The translations under genes were made by a program, and so were the position numbers. Source: Escherichia coli (GTDB lineage: Bacteria > Pseudomonadota > Gammaproteobacteria > Enterobacterales > Enterobacteriaceae). Taken from it: DNA of 64,000 nucleotides. The number at the start of each line of letters is the position of its first letter. Position 1 is the first letter of the stretch. Positions 20,656 to 34,838 of the stretch are shown piece by piece. The stretch lies in NCBI RefSeq assembly GCF_013122565.1, contig NZ_CP053258.1; one strand, given 5' to 3'. Under the pieces are notes generated by a model. It did not search any database. It worked only from the letters and a program-made list of their open reading frames with translations, and was not told the DNA's origin.

Positions 20656-22365
20656 ATGTCTGAAGAAAAATTAGGTCAACATTATCTCGCCGCGCTGAAT
20701 GAGGCATTTCCGGGCGTCGTGCTGGACCACGCCTGGCAGACCAAAGATCAGCTGACCGTGACCGTAAAGGTGAACTATCTGCCGGAAGTGGTGGAGTTTC
20801 TCTACTACAAGCAGGGTGGCTGGCTGTCGGTGCTGTTTGGTAACGACGAACGCAAACTGAATGGTCATTACGCCGTTTATTACGTGCTGTCGATGGAGAA
20901 GGGCACCAAGTGTTGGGTAACGGTTCGCGTCGAAGTTGACGCCAACAAACCGGAATATCCTTCCGTGACGCCGCGCGTTCCGGCGGCGGTGTGGGGCGAG
21001 CGTGAAGTGCGCGATATGTACGGTTTGATTCCGGTTGGTCTACCGGATGAACGTCGTCTGGTGCTGCCGGATGACTGGCCGGATGAACTTTATCCGCTGC
21101 GCAAAGACAGCATGGATTATCGTCAGCGTCCGGCACCGACCACCGATGCTGAAACCTACGAGTTCATCAACGAACTGGGCGACAAGAAAAACAACGTCGT
21201 GCCGATTGGTCCGCTGCATGTCACTTCTGACGAACCGGGCCACTTCCGTCTGTTCGTCGATGGCGAAAACATTATCGACGCCGACTACCGCCTGTTCTAT
21301 GTCCATCGCGGCATGGAAAAACTGGCGGAAACCCGCATGGGTTATAACGAAGTGACCTTCCTCTCTGACCGTGTGTGCGGGATCTGCGGCTTTGCTCACA
21401 GCACCGCCTACACCACGTCGGTGGAAAACGCGATGGGTATTCAGGTGCCGGAACGTGCGCAGATGATCCGCGCCATTCTGCTGGAGGTGGAACGCCTGCA
21501 CTCGCATCTGCTCAACCTCGGCCTCGCCTGCCACTTTACCGGCTTTGACTCCGGCTTTATGCAGTTCTTCCGCGTGCGTGAAACCTCCATGAAAATGGCG
21601 GAGATCCTTACCGGTGCGCGTAAAACCTACGGCCTGAACCTGATCGGCGGGATTCGTCGCGATCTGCTGAAAGATGACATGATCCAGACCCGCCAGCTGG
21701 CGCAACAGATGCGTCGTGAAGTGCAGGAGCTGGTGGATGTGCTGCTGAGTACGCCGAACATGGAACAGCGCACTGTCGGCATTGGTCGTCTGGACCCGGA
21801 AATCGCTCGCGACTTCAGTAACGTTGGCCCGATGGTCCGCGCCAGCGGTCACGCCCGCGATACCCGCGCCGATCACCCATTTGTCGGCTATGGCCTGCTG
21901 CCAATGGAAGTCCACAGCGAGCAGGGCTGCGACGTTATTTCCCGTCTGAAAGTGCGTATCAACGAAGTCTATACCGCGCTGAACATGATCGACTACGGTC
22001 TGGACAACCTGCCGGGTGGCCCACTGATGGTGGAAGGCTTTACCTACATTCCGCACCGCTTTGCGCTGGGCTTTGCCGAAGCGCCGCGCGGTGATGATAT
22101 CCACTGGAGCATGACCGGCGACAACCAGAAGCTGTACCGCTGGCGCTGCCGTGCCGCGACCTACGCGAACTGGCCGACCCTGCGCTACATGCTGCGCGGC
22201 AATACCGTTTCCGATGCGCCGCTGATTATCGGTAGCCTGGACCCTTGCTACTCCTGTACCGACCGCATGACCGTGGTCGATGTGCGTAAGAAGAAGAGCA
22301 AAGTGGTGCCGTACAAAGAACTCGAGCGTTACAGCATTGAGCGTAAAAACTCGCCGCTGAAATAA
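20656..22365 (+). CDS. hycE: Hydrogenase 3 large subunit HycE (start MSEEKLGQ)
   Basis: NiFe large-subunit motifs (RVCGICGFAH N-terminal, DPCYSC C-terminal); start adjusted from the ORF track. Confidence 0.93.
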   Translation: MSEEKLGQHYLAALNEAFPGVVLDHAWQTKDQLTVTVKVNYLPEVVEFLYYKQGGWLSVLFGNDERKLNGHYAVYYVLSMEKGTKCWVTVRVEVDANKPEYPSVTPRVPAAVWGEREVRDMYGLIPVGLPDERRLVLPDDWPDELYPLRKDSMDYRQRPAPTTDAETYEFINELGDKKNNVVPIGPLHVTSDEPGHFRLFVDGENIIDADYRLFYVHRGMEKLAETRMGYNEVTFLSDRVCGICGFAHSTAYTTSVENAMGIQVPERAQMIRAILLEVERLHSHLLNLGLACHFTGFDSGFMQFFRVRETSMKMAEILTGARKTYGLNLIGGIRRDLLKDDMIQTRQLAQQMRREVQELVDVLLSTPNMEQRTVGIGRLDPEIARDFSNVGPMVRASGHARDTRADHPFVGYGLLPMEVHSEQGCDVISRLKVRINEVYTALNMIDYGLDNLPGGPLMVEGFTYIPHRFALGFAEAPRGDDIHWSMTGDNQKLYRWRCRAATYANWPTLRYMLRGNTVSDAPLIIGSLDPCYSCTDRMTVVDVRKKKSKVVPYKELERYSIERKNSPLK

Positions 22366-22374
22366 GGAATCGCC

Positions 22375-22917
22375 ATGTTTACCTTTATCAAAAAAGTCAT
22401 CAAAACCGGCACGGCGACCTCGTCTTATCCGCTGGAGCCGATTGCGGTTGATAAAAACTTCCGTGGTAAGCCAGAGCAGAACCCGCAGCAGTGCATCGGC
22501 TGCGCGGCCTGCGTCAATGCCTGCCCGTCAAACGCCTTAACGGTTGAAACTGACCTCACCACAGGAGAGCTTGCGTGGGAGTTTAATCTCGGGCGTTGCA
22601 TCTTCTGTGGACGCTGCGAAGAAGTTTGCCCGACGGCGGCGATCAAACTGTCGCAAGAGTACGAACTGGCGGTGTGGAAGAAAGAAGACTTCCTGCAACA
22701 GTCCCGCTTCGCGCTGTGTAACTGCCGCGTCTGCAATCGTCCTTTCGCCGTTCAGAAAGAGATCGACTACGCCATTGCGCTGCTTAAGCACAACGGCGAC
22801 AGCCGCGCGGAAAACCACCGCGAAAGCTTTGAGACTTGCCCGGAATGTAAGCGCCAGAAATGCCTGGTGCCGTCCGACCGTATTGAACTGACTCGCCATA
22901 TGAAAGAGGCCATCTGA
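22375..22917 (+). CDS. hycF: Formate hydrogenlyase subunit 6, iron-sulfur protein HycF
   Basis: 180-aa ORF with two 4Fe-4S motifs. Confidence 0.93.
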   Translation: MFTFIKKVIKTGTATSSYPLEPIAVDKNFRGKPEQNPQQCIGCAACVNACPSNALTVETDLTTGELAWEFNLGRCIFCGRCEEVCPTAAIKLSQEYELAVWKKEDFLQQSRFALCNCRVCNRPFAVQKEIDYAIALLKHNGDSRAENHRESFETCPECKRQKCLVPSDRIELTRHMKEAI

Positions 22918-23684
22918 TGAGCAATTTATTAGGCCCCCGTGACGCCAACGGCATTCCGGTCCCGATGACGGTGGATGAATCCATCGCCAGCATGAAGGCG
23001 TCGTTACTGAAAAAAATCAAACGTTCTGCCTATGTTTACCGCGTGGACTGCGGCGGCTGCAACGGCTGCGAAATCGAAATTTTCGCCACTTTGTCGCCGC
23101 TGTTCGATGCAGAACGCTTCGGCATTAAAGTCGTTCCTTCACCGCGTCATGCGGATATTTTACTGTTTACCGGCGCGGTCACCCGTGCAATGCGATCCCC
23201 TGCGCTGCGTGCGTGGCAGTCCGCGCCGGACCCGAAAATCTGTATCTCCTACGGTGCCTGCGGTAACAGCGGCGGGATCTTCCACGATCTCTACTGCGTG
23301 TGGGGCGGTACGGATAAAATTGTCCCTGTGGATGTTTATATCCCTGGCTGCCCGCCAACGCCTGCCGCCACGCTGTACGGCTTTGCAATGGCGCTCGGCC
23401 TGCTGGAGCAGAAAATTCACGCCCGTGGGCCGGGTGAACTGGATGAACAACCGGCGGAGATCCTGCATGGCGATATGGTGCAGCCGCTGCGCGTGAAAGT
23501 GGATCGCGAAGCACGTCGCCTGGCGGGTTATCGTTACGGTCGTCAGATTGCCGATGACTTCCTGACACAGTTAGGGCAGGGCGAAGAACAGGTTGCACGC
23601 TGGCTGGAAGCGGAAAACGATCCGCGTCTGAACGAGATTGTCAGCCATCTGAATCATGTTGTTGAAGAGGCGCGTATCCGATGA
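22917..23684 (+). CDS. hycG: Hydrogenase 3 small subunit HycG (NuoB-like)
   Basis: 255-aa ORF with CGGCNGC and GCPP motifs. Confidence 0.93.
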   Translation: MSNLLGPRDANGIPVPMTVDESIASMKASLLKKIKRSAYVYRVDCGGCNGCEIEIFATLSPLFDAERFGIKVVPSPRHADILLFTGAVTRAMRSPALRAWQSAPDPKICISYGACGNSGGIFHDLYCVWGGTDKIVPVDVYIPGCPPTPAATLYGFAMALGLLEQKIHARGPGELDEQPAEILHGDMVQPLRVKVDREARRLAGYRYGRQIADDFLTQLGQGEEQVARWLEAENDPRLNEIVSHLNHVVEEARIR

Positions 23685-24091
23685 GTGAAAAGGTGGTGTT
23701 CAGTCAACTGAGCCGTAAATTTATTGATGAGAACGATGCCACGCCCGCCGAGGCGCAGCAGGTGGTCTATTACAGCCTGGCGATTGGTCACCACCTTGGG
23801 GTTATCGATTGCCTGGAAGCGGCGCTCACCTGCCCATGGGATGACTATCTGGCATGGATTGCCACTCTGGAGGCGGGCAGCGAAGCCCGCCGCAAAATGG
23901 AAGGCGTACCGAAATATGGCGAGATCGTCATCGACATTAACCATGTGCCGATGCTGGCCAACGCATTCGATAAAGCCCGGGCAGCGCAAACTTCGCAGCA
24001 GCAGGAATGGAGTACAATGCTGTTAAGTATGCTGCATGATATTCATCAGGAAAACGCCATCTATTTGATGGTGAGGAGACTGCGTGACTGA
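23681..24091 (+). CDS. hycH: Formate hydrogenlyase maturation protein HycH
   Basis: 136-aa ORF; operon position. Confidence 0.9.
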   Translation: MSEKVVFSQLSRKFIDENDATPAEAQQVVYYSLAIGHHLGVIDCLEAALTCPWDDYLAWIATLEAGSEARRKMEGVPKYGEIVIDINHVPMLANAFDKARAAQTSQQQEWSTMLLSMLHDIHQENAIYLMVRRLRD

Positions 24092-24554
24092 CGTTTTACT
24101 CTGTGTTGGCAATAGCATGATGGGCGATGATGGCGCTGGCCCGCTGCTGGCGGAAAAGTGCGCCGCCGCGCCGAAAGGTAACTGGGTGGTGATTGACGGC
24201 GGTAGTGCACCGGAAAACGACATCGTCGCCATCCGTGAACTGCGCCCGACACGACTGCTGATTGTCGACGCCACGGATATGGGGCTAAACCCCGGCGAGA
24301 TCCGCATCATCGACCCGGATGATATCGCCGAGATGTTTATGATGACTACCCATAACATGCCGTTGAACTACCTTATCGATCAGTTGAAAGAAGATATTGG
24401 CGAAGTGATTTTCCTCGGCATCCAGCCGGATATCGTCGGCTTTTACTACCCGATGACTCAGCCGATTAAAGATGCGGTAGAAACCGTTTATCAACGACTG
24501 GAAGGCTGGGAAGGGAATGGCGGCTTCGCGCAGTTAGCGGTGGAAGAAGAGTAG
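24084..24554 (+). CDS. hycI: Hydrogenase 3 maturation endopeptidase HycI
   Basis: 156-aa ORF; last gene of the hyc operon. Confidence 0.92.
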   Translation: MTDVLLCVGNSMMGDDGAGPLLAEKCAAAPKGNWVVIDGGSAPENDIVAIRELRPTRLLIVDATDMGLNPGEIRIIDPDDIAEMFMMTTHNMPLNYLIDQLKEDIGEVIFLGIQPDIVGFYYPMTQPIKDAVETVYQRLEGWEGNGGFAQLAVEEE

Positions 24555-24624
24555 TTTTTCATTAAGGAATCAGGACAGGGATGTTCTTGATGGGGTGAAC
24601 CAGCTCTGATGCCAAATGCTAAAT

Positions 24625-24705
24625 TGCCCGATGCGCTGCGCTTATCGGGCCTTCCTGGTTCGTGCGACACGTAGGCCGGATAAGGCGTTCACGCCGCATC
24701 CGGCA
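24625..24705. repeat. REP/BIME palindromic elements between hycI and ascB
   Basis: REP-type palindromes TGCCCGATGCGCTGCGCTTATCGGGCC and GTAGGCCGGATAAGGCGTTCACGCCGCATCCGGCA read in sequence. Confidence 0.75.
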
Positions 24706-24712
24706 CTGTTAC

Positions 24713-27603
<2,891 letters not shown>

Positions 27604-27862
27604 CGGATTTTATCCTGTTATCAGTAGGGTAGATGTAGTTGTTATCAGTCGACGTGATGGAAAAATGCCGATGCTGAAACGGAATTAAGAAACCGGTTTC
27701 ACAAAATCATGAATAGTTGTCACTGAATAAGCAAGAGAGTTAATTGTTCATTTTTTATATTTGTGAAACCGGTCACCTGAATATTTTTCCCGCCGATTGC
27801 GCAAGGACAATCGGCAAACGGTGCAGTACACTGCGTTGATTGCGTGTAAAGGGATGAAAATG

Positions 27863-28873
27863 ATGACGACGATGCTGGAAGTGGCGAAGCGCGCCGGGGT
27901 TTCAAAAGCGACCGTTTCCCGCGTGCTTTCAGGTAATGGCTACGTCAGCCAGGAGACTAAAGATCGCGTGTTTCAGGCGGTAGAAGAGAGCGGTTACCGC
28001 CCAAATTTGCTGGCGCGCAATCTGTCGGCGAAGAGTACTCAGACGCTGGGGCTGGTAGTGACCAACACGCTTTACCACGGCATTTATTTTAGTGAATTAC
28101 TGTTTCATGCCGCGCGAATGGCGGAAGAGAAAGGGCGGCAGTTGCTATTGGCAGATGGTAAACACAGCGCCGAAGAAGAGCGCCAGGCGATTCAGTATCT
28201 GCTGGATTTGCGCTGCGACGCCATTATGATTTACCCGCGTTTTTTAAGCGTGGATGAGATCGATGACATCATTGACGCGCACAGTCAGCCGATAATGGTG
28301 CTTAATCGCCGCCTGCGCAAAAACAGCAGCCATAGCGTCTGGTGCGATCATAAACAGACCAGCTTTAATGCCGTGGCAGAGTTGATAAACGCCGGACATC
28401 AGGAGATTGCTTTCCTTACCGGCTCGATGGATTCCCCCACCAGCATTGAACGTCTTGCCGGGTATAAAGACGCGCTGGCGCAGCATGGTATTGCGCTCAA
28501 TGAAAAACTTATCGCTAACGGTAAATGGACGCCCGTCAGCGGGGCCGAAGGGGTAGAAATGTTGCTCGAACGTGGGGCTAAATTTAGCGCGTTAGTTGCC
28601 AGTAACGACGATATGGCGATAGGTGCGATGAAAGCGTTACACGAGCGCGGCGTAGCGGTGCCAGAGCAGGTGTCAGTTATCGGATTCGATGATATCGCAA
28701 TTGCCCCCTACACCGTTCCGGCGCTCTCCAGCGTAAAAATTCCGGTGACTGAGATGATTCAGGAAATTATTGGACGGCTGATTTTTATGCTCGATGGGGG
28801 CGCTTACACACCGCCGAAAACCTTCAGCGGAAAACTGATCCGCCGCGACTCACTCATTGCTCTTTCGCGATAA
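27863..28873 (+). CDS. ascG: LacI/GalR-family repressor AscG (start MTTMLEVAK)
   Basis: N-terminal HTH (LEVAKRAGVSKATVSRVLSG) and periplasmic-binding-like domain; divergent from ascFB. Confidence 0.9.
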   Translation: MTTMLEVAKRAGVSKATVSRVLSGNGYVSQETKDRVFQAVEESGYRPNLLARNLSAKSTQTLGLVVTNTLYHGIYFSELLFHAARMAEEKGRQLLLADGKHSAEEERQAIQYLLDLRCDAIMIYPRFLSVDEIDDIIDAHSQPIMVLNRRLRKNSSHSVWCDHKQTSFNAVAELINAGHQEIAFLTGSMDSPTSIERLAGYKDALAQHGIALNEKLIANGKWTPVSGAEGVEMLLERGAKFSALVASNDDMAIGAMKALHERGVAVPEQVSVIGFDDIAIAPYTVPALSSVKIPVTEMIQEIIGRLIFMLDGGAYTPPKTFSGKLIRRDSLIALSR

Positions 28874-28885
28874 ACATTGTCATCA

Positions 28886-28920
28886 CATGTCATCGTCACT
28901 AGTGTCGATGACATCTTTTT
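28886..28920 (+). terminator. Intrinsic terminator after ascG (ATGTCATCG..CGATGACAT hairpin plus T6)
   Basis: Inverted repeat followed by CTTTTTT read in sequence. Confidence 0.65.
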
Positions 28921-29021
28921 TCCTGCATTACAGAAATTAATTTCCTTAAATAACAGTGAATTAAAAACTGGCATGATTTGTGAATGTATCGGCGCATTAA
29001 CTGTCATTGCTGGAGAATTTG

Positions 29022-29549
29022 ATGAACCGTTTCATCATTGCTGACGCGAGTAAATGTATTGGTTGCCGTACCTGTGAAGTAGCGTGCGTGGTTTCTCATC
29101 AGGAAAATCAGGATTGTGCATCGCTGACCCCGGAAACTTTTTTACCGCGTATCCATGTCATTAAAGGTGTGAACATTTCCACGGCGACAGTTTGCCGTCA
29201 GTGTGAAGATGCACCGTGCGCTAACGTCTGCCCGAATGGTGCTATCAGCCGTGATAAAGGGTTTGTTCATGTGATGCAGGAACGTTGCATTGGTTGCAAA
29301 ACCTGCGTTGTGGCTTGCCCGTATGGCGCGATGGAAGTGGTGGTGCGTCCGGTGATTCGCAACAGCGGCGCGGGTCTGAATGTACGGGCTGACAAAGCCG
29401 AAGCCAATAAATGCGACCTGTGCAACCATCGTGAAGACGGCCCGGCGTGTATGGCGGCTTGCCCGACTCATGCGCTGATTTGTGTCGATCGTAATAAACT
29501 TGAACAACTGAGCGCAGAAAAACGCCGCCGTACGGCGCTGATGTTCTAA
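29022..29549 (+). CDS. hydN: Electron-transport ferredoxin-like protein HydN (start [10 protein letters not shown])
   Basis: Four 4Fe-4S Cys clusters; precedes hypF. Confidence 0.9.
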   Translation: MNRFIIADASKCIGCRTCEVACVVSHQENQDCASLTPETFLPRIHVIKGVNISTATVCRQCEDAPCANVCPNGAISRDKGFVHVMQERCIGCKTCVVACPYGAMEVVVRPVIRNSGAGLNVRADKAEANKCDLCNHREDGPACMAACPTHALICVDRNKLEQLSAEKRRRTALMF

Positions 29550-29701
29550 AAATCTTACAGAACTGTTCTGGCATCAAAGGAATTCCCGGAAATATTCGTA
29601 GAATACGGAGCGGGCGGTATCGCCGACCTGAGACTGCCGGATACGACGCTGTCGTGTCCGGCTGGGCGGGTTACGCAATTCATGATGGCGGGAATAACTC
29701 A

Positions 29702-31954
29702 ATGGCAAAAAACACATCTTGCGGTGTCCAACTGCGTATTCGTGGCAAAGTGCAGGGCGTCGGTTTTCGTCCGTTTGTCTGGCAGCTGGCACAGCAATTA
29801 AATCTTCACGGCGATGTCTGTAATGACGGCGATGGCGTAGAAGTCCGGCTGCTGGAAGACCCGGAAACGTTTCTTGTTCAATTGCATCAGCACTGCCCGC
29901 CGCTGGCGCGTATTGATAGCGTCGAGCGTGAGCCGTTTATCTGGTCACAACTGCCCACCGAGTTCACTATACGCCAGAGCACAGGCGGCACCATGAATAC
30001 GCAAATTGTTCCCGATGCCGCTACTTGTCCTGCCTGTCTTGCCGAAATGAATACCCCAGGCGAGCGGCGTTATCGTTATCCGTTTATCAACTGTACTCAC
30101 TGTGGCCCGCGTTTCACCATTATTCGCGCCATGCCTTACGACCGCCCGTTTACCGTAATGGCGGCGTTTCCGCTGTGTCCAGCCTGTGATAAAGAGTACC
30201 GCGACCCGCTCGATCGTCGCTTCCACGCCCAGCCGGTGGCCTGCCCGGAGTGTGGCCCGCATCTTGAATGGGTAAGTCATGGTGAATATGCGGAACAAGA
30301 GGCGGCATTACAGGCAGCTATCGCACAGTTAAAAATGGGCAACATTGTCGCCATCAAAGGGATTGGCGGATTTCATCTTGCCTGCGATGCTCGTAACAGT
30401 AACGCGGTGGCGACACTTCGGGCGCGCAAACATCGCCCGGCGAAACCGCTGGCGGTCATGTTGCCAGTGGCTGACGGTTTACCAGACGCTGTGCGCCAGT
30501 TGCTTACCACCCCCGCCGCGCCGATTGTGCTGGTGGATAAAAAATACGTACCTGAGCTTTGTGATGATATCGCCCCTGGCCTTAACGAAGTCGGGGTGAT
30601 GTTGCCTGCGAACCCGCTCCAGCATTTGCTGTTACAGGAACTGCAATGCCCGCTGGTGATGACCTCCGGCAACCTGAGCGGTAAACCTCCGGCTATCAGC
30701 AACGAACAGGCGCTGGCGGATTTGCAGGGCATTGCCGACGGATTCTTGATACATAACCGCGACATCGTGCAGCGGATGGATGATTCGGTGGTGCGCGAAA
30801 GCGGCGAAATGCTGCGCCGTTCGCGGGGGTATGTACCGGATGCGCTGGCTTTGCCTCCGGGCTTTAAAAATGTTCCGCCTGTGCTGTGTCTCGGCGCAGA
30901 TCTGAAAAATACCTTCTGCCTGGTGCGCGGTGAACAAGCGGTGCTGAGTCAGCATCTGGGCGATTTAAGTGACGATGGCATCCAGATGCAGTGGCGCGAA
31001 GCGTTACGCCTGATGCAAAACATCTACGATTTCACCCCGCAATACGTTGTGCATGACGTGCATCCGGGCTATGTCTCCAGCCAGTGGGCGCGCGAAATGA
31101 ATCTGCCGACGCAAACGGTGCTGCATCATCATGCCCACGCAGCGGCGTGTCTGGCAGAACATCACTGGCCGCTGGATGGCGGTGATGTCATTGCTTTGAC
31201 GCTCGACGGTATCGGTATGGGGGAGAATGGCGCTTTGTGGGGCGGCGAGTGCCTGCGGGTGAACTATCGCGAATGTGAGCACCTGGGCGGCTTGCCTGCA
31301 GTGGCGCTTCCGGGTGGCGATTTGGCGGCGAAGCAGCCGTGGCGAAACCTGCTGGCGCAGTGCCTGCGCTTTGTGCCGGAGTGGCAGAATTACCCTGAAA
31401 CGGCAAGTGTGCAACAGCAAAACTGGAGCGTGCTGGCGCGGGCCATTGAGCGTGGAATTAACGCGCCGCTGGCATCATCGTGTGGGCGGTTGTTCGATGC
31501 AGTGGCGGCGGCACTGGGCTGTGCGCCAGCCACGTTAAGTTATGAAGGTGAAGCGGCTTGTGCTCTGGAGGCGCTCGCAGCCTCATGCGACGGAGTGACG
31601 CATCCGGTGACGATGCCGCTGGTGGACAATCAACTGGATCTCGCCACTTTCTGGCAGCAGTGGCTGAACTGGCAGGCACCGGTTAATCAACGCGCGTGGG
31701 CGTTTCATGATGCGCTGGCGCAGGGTTTTGCCGCGTTGATGCGTGAGCAGGCCACGATGCACGGTATCACTACGCTGGTATTTAGCGGCGGGGTTATTCA
31801 TAACCGTTTGCTGCGTGCACGTCTGGCGCATTATCTCGCTGATTTCACATTGCTCTTCCCGCAGAGTTTACCGGCGGGTGATGGCGGTTTGTCTCTGGGG
31901 CAGGGGGTTATTGCTGCGGCGCGTTGGTTAGCGGGTGAAGTCCAGAACGGATAA
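29702..31954 (+). CDS. hypF: Carbamoyltransferase HypF (acylphosphatase, Zn-fingers, YrdC and Kae1-like domains); start [10 protein letters not shown]
   Basis: 750-aa ORF with acylphosphatase-like N-terminus and two CxxC Zn-finger pairs. Confidence 0.93.
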   Translation: MAKNTSCGVQLRIRGKVQGVGFRPFVWQLAQQLNLHGDVCNDGDGVEVRLLEDPETFLVQLHQHCPPLARIDSVEREPFIWSQLPTEFTIRQSTGGTMNTQIVPDAATCPACLAEMNTPGERRYRYPFINCTHCGPRFTIIRAMPYDRPFTVMAAFPLCPACDKEYRDPLDRRFHAQPVACPECGPHLEWVSHGEYAEQEAALQAAIAQLKMGNIVAIKGIGGFHLACDARNSNAVATLRARKHRPAKPLAVMLPVADGLPDAVRQLLTTPAAPIVLVDKKYVPELCDDIAPGLNEVGVMLPANPLQHLLLQELQCPLVMTSGNLSGKPPAISNEQALADLQGIADGFLIHNRDIVQRMDDSVVRESGEMLRRSRGYVPDALALPPGFKNVPPVLCLGADLKNTFCLVRGEQAVLSQHLGDLSDDGIQMQWREALRLMQNIYDFTPQYVVHDVHPGYVSSQWAREMNLPTQTVLHHHAHAAACLAEHHWPLDGGDVIALTLDGIGMGENGALWGGECLRVNYRECEHLGGLPAVALPGGDLAAKQPWRNLLAQCLRFVPEWQNYPETASVQQQNWSVLARAIERGINAPLASSCGRLFDAVAAALGCAPATLSYEGEAACALEALAASCDGVTHPVTMPLVDNQLDLATFWQQWLNWQAPVNQRAWAFHDALAQGFAALMREQATMHGITTLVFSGGVIHNRLLRARLAHYLADFTLLFPQSLPAGDGGLSLGQGVIAAARWLAGEVQNG

Positions 31955-31969
31955 AGCGTGTTGCATTTG

Positions 31970-32052
31970 GACACCCTTGCCGGATGCGGCGTAAATGCCT
32001 TATCCGGCTTACATATGCGCTCCCCGTAGGTCGGATAAGACGCGCCAGCGTC
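31970..32052. repeat. REP/BIME elements between hypF and norW
   Basis: GCCGGATGCGGCGTAAATGCCTTATCCGGC and GTAGGTCGGATAAGACGCGCCAGCGTCGCATCCGAC palindromes. Confidence 0.75.
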
Positions 32053-32082
32053 GCATCCGACATTTTAGGCACAGTAGCCCAC

Positions 32083-33216
32083 CTACACCGTCAACGTTTT
32101 CAACAATCCAAATGCCTCTTTCATCCGATCCTCACTGACCACAAAGGCGCGAAGCTGGTCAGCATCGTCAACGCCGCGCGCCACCATTCCCTGGCGTTCG
32201 GTATTAATCTGCCAGCGTAAATCCTGACGCTGGGTTTCGCCTGCCAGATGCAGCGGTAATTCCGGCGTTTTGATTTTCACCAGCATCGCCGGTAGTTTCA
32301 GCGGCGTGTTATTGCCGAGAAGATTTTTTGCCAGCACCATCCCGCTAAGTTGAATCGGCTGCAGGAACGGCAATACCTGACTGTTAATTTCCGCGCAATC
32401 GCCCAGCGCGTAAATATCGGCATTACTGGTTTGCAGATAACTATCGACGCAAACGCCGCGATTAATCGTCAGCCCGGCGCGTCGTGCCAGGGCGGTTTCC
32501 GGGCGCAGTCCGGTGGCGGCAATTACCGCATCCACTTCGATACTACGCTGGCGGTCCAGCGTTGCCAGAATGCCAGAATCCGTTTTTTCCAGCCCCTGCA
32601 ACTGAGATTTCAACAGCAGATGAACGCCCATCTCCGTCAACCGATGCTGCAAGCGGCTGCTTACTTCCGGTGGCATTAACGACGCCAGAATACTGGTAGC
32701 GTTGTCGATTAGCGTAACCATTTTGCCTGCACGACAAAAATCCATCGCCAGTTCGCTACCAATCAAACCACCGCCAACAATCAACACGCGTCGGGCATCC
32801 CGCAGTTGCGTTTCACAGGCGCGATACTCTTGCTGACTATTTAACGTCAGCATTAACTCACGCCCAGGCACAGGCGGGACAAAGGCGCTGGCACCAGTTG
32901 CCAGCACTAACTTGTCGTATTGCCACTGATTATTCTGGCTTTTCACCACATGGGCTTCGGCATCGATATCCGTCACCCAGGTGTGCGGAAACAGGCGCAG
33001 ATTAAACTGCTCGGCAAATTCACCCGCCGTCTGGCGGGTAAGGTCGTCGGCACGTTGCCCCTTACTGATAACATGGCTGAGGTCAGGTTTGTTGTACTCA
33101 TCTATGCTGTCGGCGGCAATCAGGGTTAATGGAATAGTGGCGTCCTGTTTGCGAATATTTTTCACCAGTTGGCGGGCGGCGAAGCCCGAACCGATGATCA
33201 CAATGCCGTTACTCAT
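32083..33216 (-). CDS. norW: NADH:flavorubredoxin reductase NorW
   Basis: 377-aa FAD/NAD-binding ORF ([10 protein letters not shown]); overlaps norV stop. Confidence 0.93.
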   Translation of the reverse strand: MSNGIVIIGSGFAARQLVKNIRKQDATIPLTLIAADSIDEYNKPDLSHVISKGQRADDLTRQTAGEFAEQFNLRLFPHTWVTDIDAEAHVVKSQNNQWQYDKLVLATGASAFVPPVPGRELMLTLNSQQEYRACETQLRDARRVLIVGGGLIGSELAMDFCRAGKMVTLIDNATSILASLMPPEVSSRLQHRLTEMGVHLLLKSQLQGLEKTDSGILATLDRQRSIEVDAVIAATGLRPETALARRAGLTINRGVCVDSYLQTSNADIYALGDCAEINSQVLPFLQPIQLSGMVLAKNLLGNNTPLKLPAMLVKIKTPELPLHLAGETQRQDLRWQINTERQGMVARGVDDADQLRAFVVSEDRMKEAFGLLKTLTV

Positions 33217-34652
33217 TTTGCCTCCGATGCCAGTTCGTCAAAGACGTCTTTGCCGAGGGAGCATTCCGGGCAGAGGAAGTTATCCGGGACTTCACTCCAC
33301 GGCGTTCCTGGCGCAACGTCCTGCATTGGCTCGCCTTTTGCCGGATCGTAAATCCACTGGCAGACGCTGCACTGCATCCGTGGGCCGAGGTCAGCCGTCG
33401 TGGTGGCAGAGGTTTCTTCTTTAACTACCGTATTCACCGTGCTCTGCGGCAGAGGCGCGAGCGCCCACTGACGGGCGATTTCGCGACCGTGTTCACGGCA
33501 TAACTCCAGAGCGTCCTGGTCTGGTCGCCATTTCGCTTTCAGGCTAAGCGACATTTCGAAACCCGCATCCTGCAGGCGCGTGGAAAGACGATCCACCGCA
33601 CCGCCGCTCCAGCCGTGAGAGCCGAAAGCACTGGCGCGTTTGTTACGGAAGCGTAATCCGGTCATCTCCTCCACCAGCCCGGCGATTTTCGGCATCATCA
33701 CGTTATTCATCGTCGAAGTGCCGACCAGCACGCCTTTTGAGCGGAAGACATTGGTCAGGATTTCGTTTTTATCGCTTCGGGCGACGTTGAAAATTTTCAC
33801 CGCCACGCGTGGGTCGGTTTCCGCAATCCCTTGGGCGATAGCGTCAGCCATCATGCGGGTGTTATTCGACATGGTGTCGTAGAAAATGGTGATTCTGTCT
33901 TCCTGATAATCAGCCGCCCATTTCAGGTACAGCTCGACAATTTGCGTCGGGTTATCGCGCCAGACCACGCCGTGAGAGGTCGCTATCATATCGACTGGTA
34001 AGTTAAAGCCCAGGATCTCGGTAATTTTCGGCGTTACCAGGCGGCTGAACGGCGTAAGGATATTGGCGTAGTAACGCTGGCACTGCTCAAAAAGCTCCGT
34101 CTGATCCACTTCATCGTTGAACAGATGCTCGTCGCAGTAGTGCTGACCGAAAGCATCGTTACTGAACAGCACCGCGTCGCCTGTCAGGTAAGTCATCATG
34201 CTGTCCGGCCAGTGCAGCATTGGTGTTTCGACAAAAATGAGCTGTTTGCCGTTGCCGATATCCAGCGTGTCGCCAGTTTTCACCACATTAAAATTCCACT
34301 CCGGATGATGGTGATGACCATTTATCGAGTCGATAGCGTTGGCAGTACAGTAGATCGGCGTATCGGGAATTTGTGCCATCAGTTCGGTCAGCGCCCCGGC
34401 GTGGTCCTCTTCTGCATGGTTAATCACGATGTAATCGATATCCGCCAGATCGATTTCATTACGCAGGTTCTGCACAAATTCGCGGCTGAATTTATGGTCG
34501 ACGGTGTCGATCAGCACGTTTTTTTCTTCGCGGATGAGGTAGCTGTTGTAGCTGCTGCCGCGCAGCGTTTTATATTCCGTGCCGTGAAAATCACGCACTT
34601 CCCAGTCACGTTGACCCACCCAATGAATGTTATTTTTCACCACAATAGACAT
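33213..34652 (-). CDS. norV: Anaerobic nitric oxide reductase flavorubredoxin NorV
   Basis: 479-aa ORF with metallo-beta-lactamase-like, flavodoxin and C-terminal rubredoxin (CxxC...CPxC) regions. Confidence 0.93.
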   Translation of the reverse strand: MSIVVKNNIHWVGQRDWEVRDFHGTEYKTLRGSSYNSYLIREEKNVLIDTVDHKFSREFVQNLRNEIDLADIDYIVINHAEEDHAGALTELMAQIPDTPIYCTANAIDSINGHHHHPEWNFNVVKTGDTLDIGNGKQLIFVETPMLHWPDSMMTYLTGDAVLFSNDAFGQHYCDEHLFNDEVDQTELFEQCQRYYANILTPFSRLVTPKITEILGFNLPVDMIATSHGVVWRDNPTQIVELYLKWAADYQEDRITIFYDTMSNNTRMMADAIAQGIAETDPRVAVKIFNVARSDKNEILTNVFRSKGVLVGTSTMNNVMMPKIAGLVEEMTGLRFRNKRASAFGSHGWSGGAVDRLSTRLQDAGFEMSLSLKAKWRPDQDALELCREHGREIARQWALAPLPQSTVNTVVKEETSATTTADLGPRMQCSVCQWIYDPAKGEPMQDVAPGTPWSEVPDNFLCPECSLGKDVFDELASEAK

Positions 34653-34698
34653 AGCAACCTCAATTTATTCAGCGTGTTCTAAAAAGATATCTTGCTAA

Positions 34699-34714
34699 TT
34701 GCAGATTGCGTGCC
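34699..34714 (-). promoter_or_regulatory. Sigma-54 promoter of norVW (TGGCAC-N5-CTGCA on the minus strand)
   Basis: Plus-strand TGCAGATTGCGTGCCA is the reverse complement of TGGCACGCAATCTGCA; correct position upstream of norV. Confidence 0.65.
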
Positions 34715-34770
34715 ATTTTTTTATCTGATTGTTTTTACTCTATAAATAAAATTATGCTCATTAATGAGTA

Positions 34771-34826
34771 GTCAAAATGACTATCAATCAAATGGTCGAT
34801 ATGACAATATCTATAGTCAAATTGAC
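34771..34826. promoter_or_regulatory. Three NorR binding sites (GT-N7-AC): GTCAAAATGAC, GTCGATATGAC, GTCAAATTGAC
   Basis: Three 11-bp inverted repeats read directly at 34771-34781, 34795-34805, 34816-34826 in the norR-norV intergenic region. Confidence 0.8.
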
Positions 34827-34838
34827 AGTGAGGCAAAG

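Noticed and set aside
21040-22104. 354-aa ORF antisense to hycE
   Set aside because: Antisense to a well-supported NiFe hydrogenase large-subunit gene; no motifs.
28960-28985. Possible sigma-54 promoter TGGCATGATTTGTGA upstream of hydN
   Set aside because: The -24 GG is present but the -12 element is GA rather than GC; too weak to call without transcript mapping.
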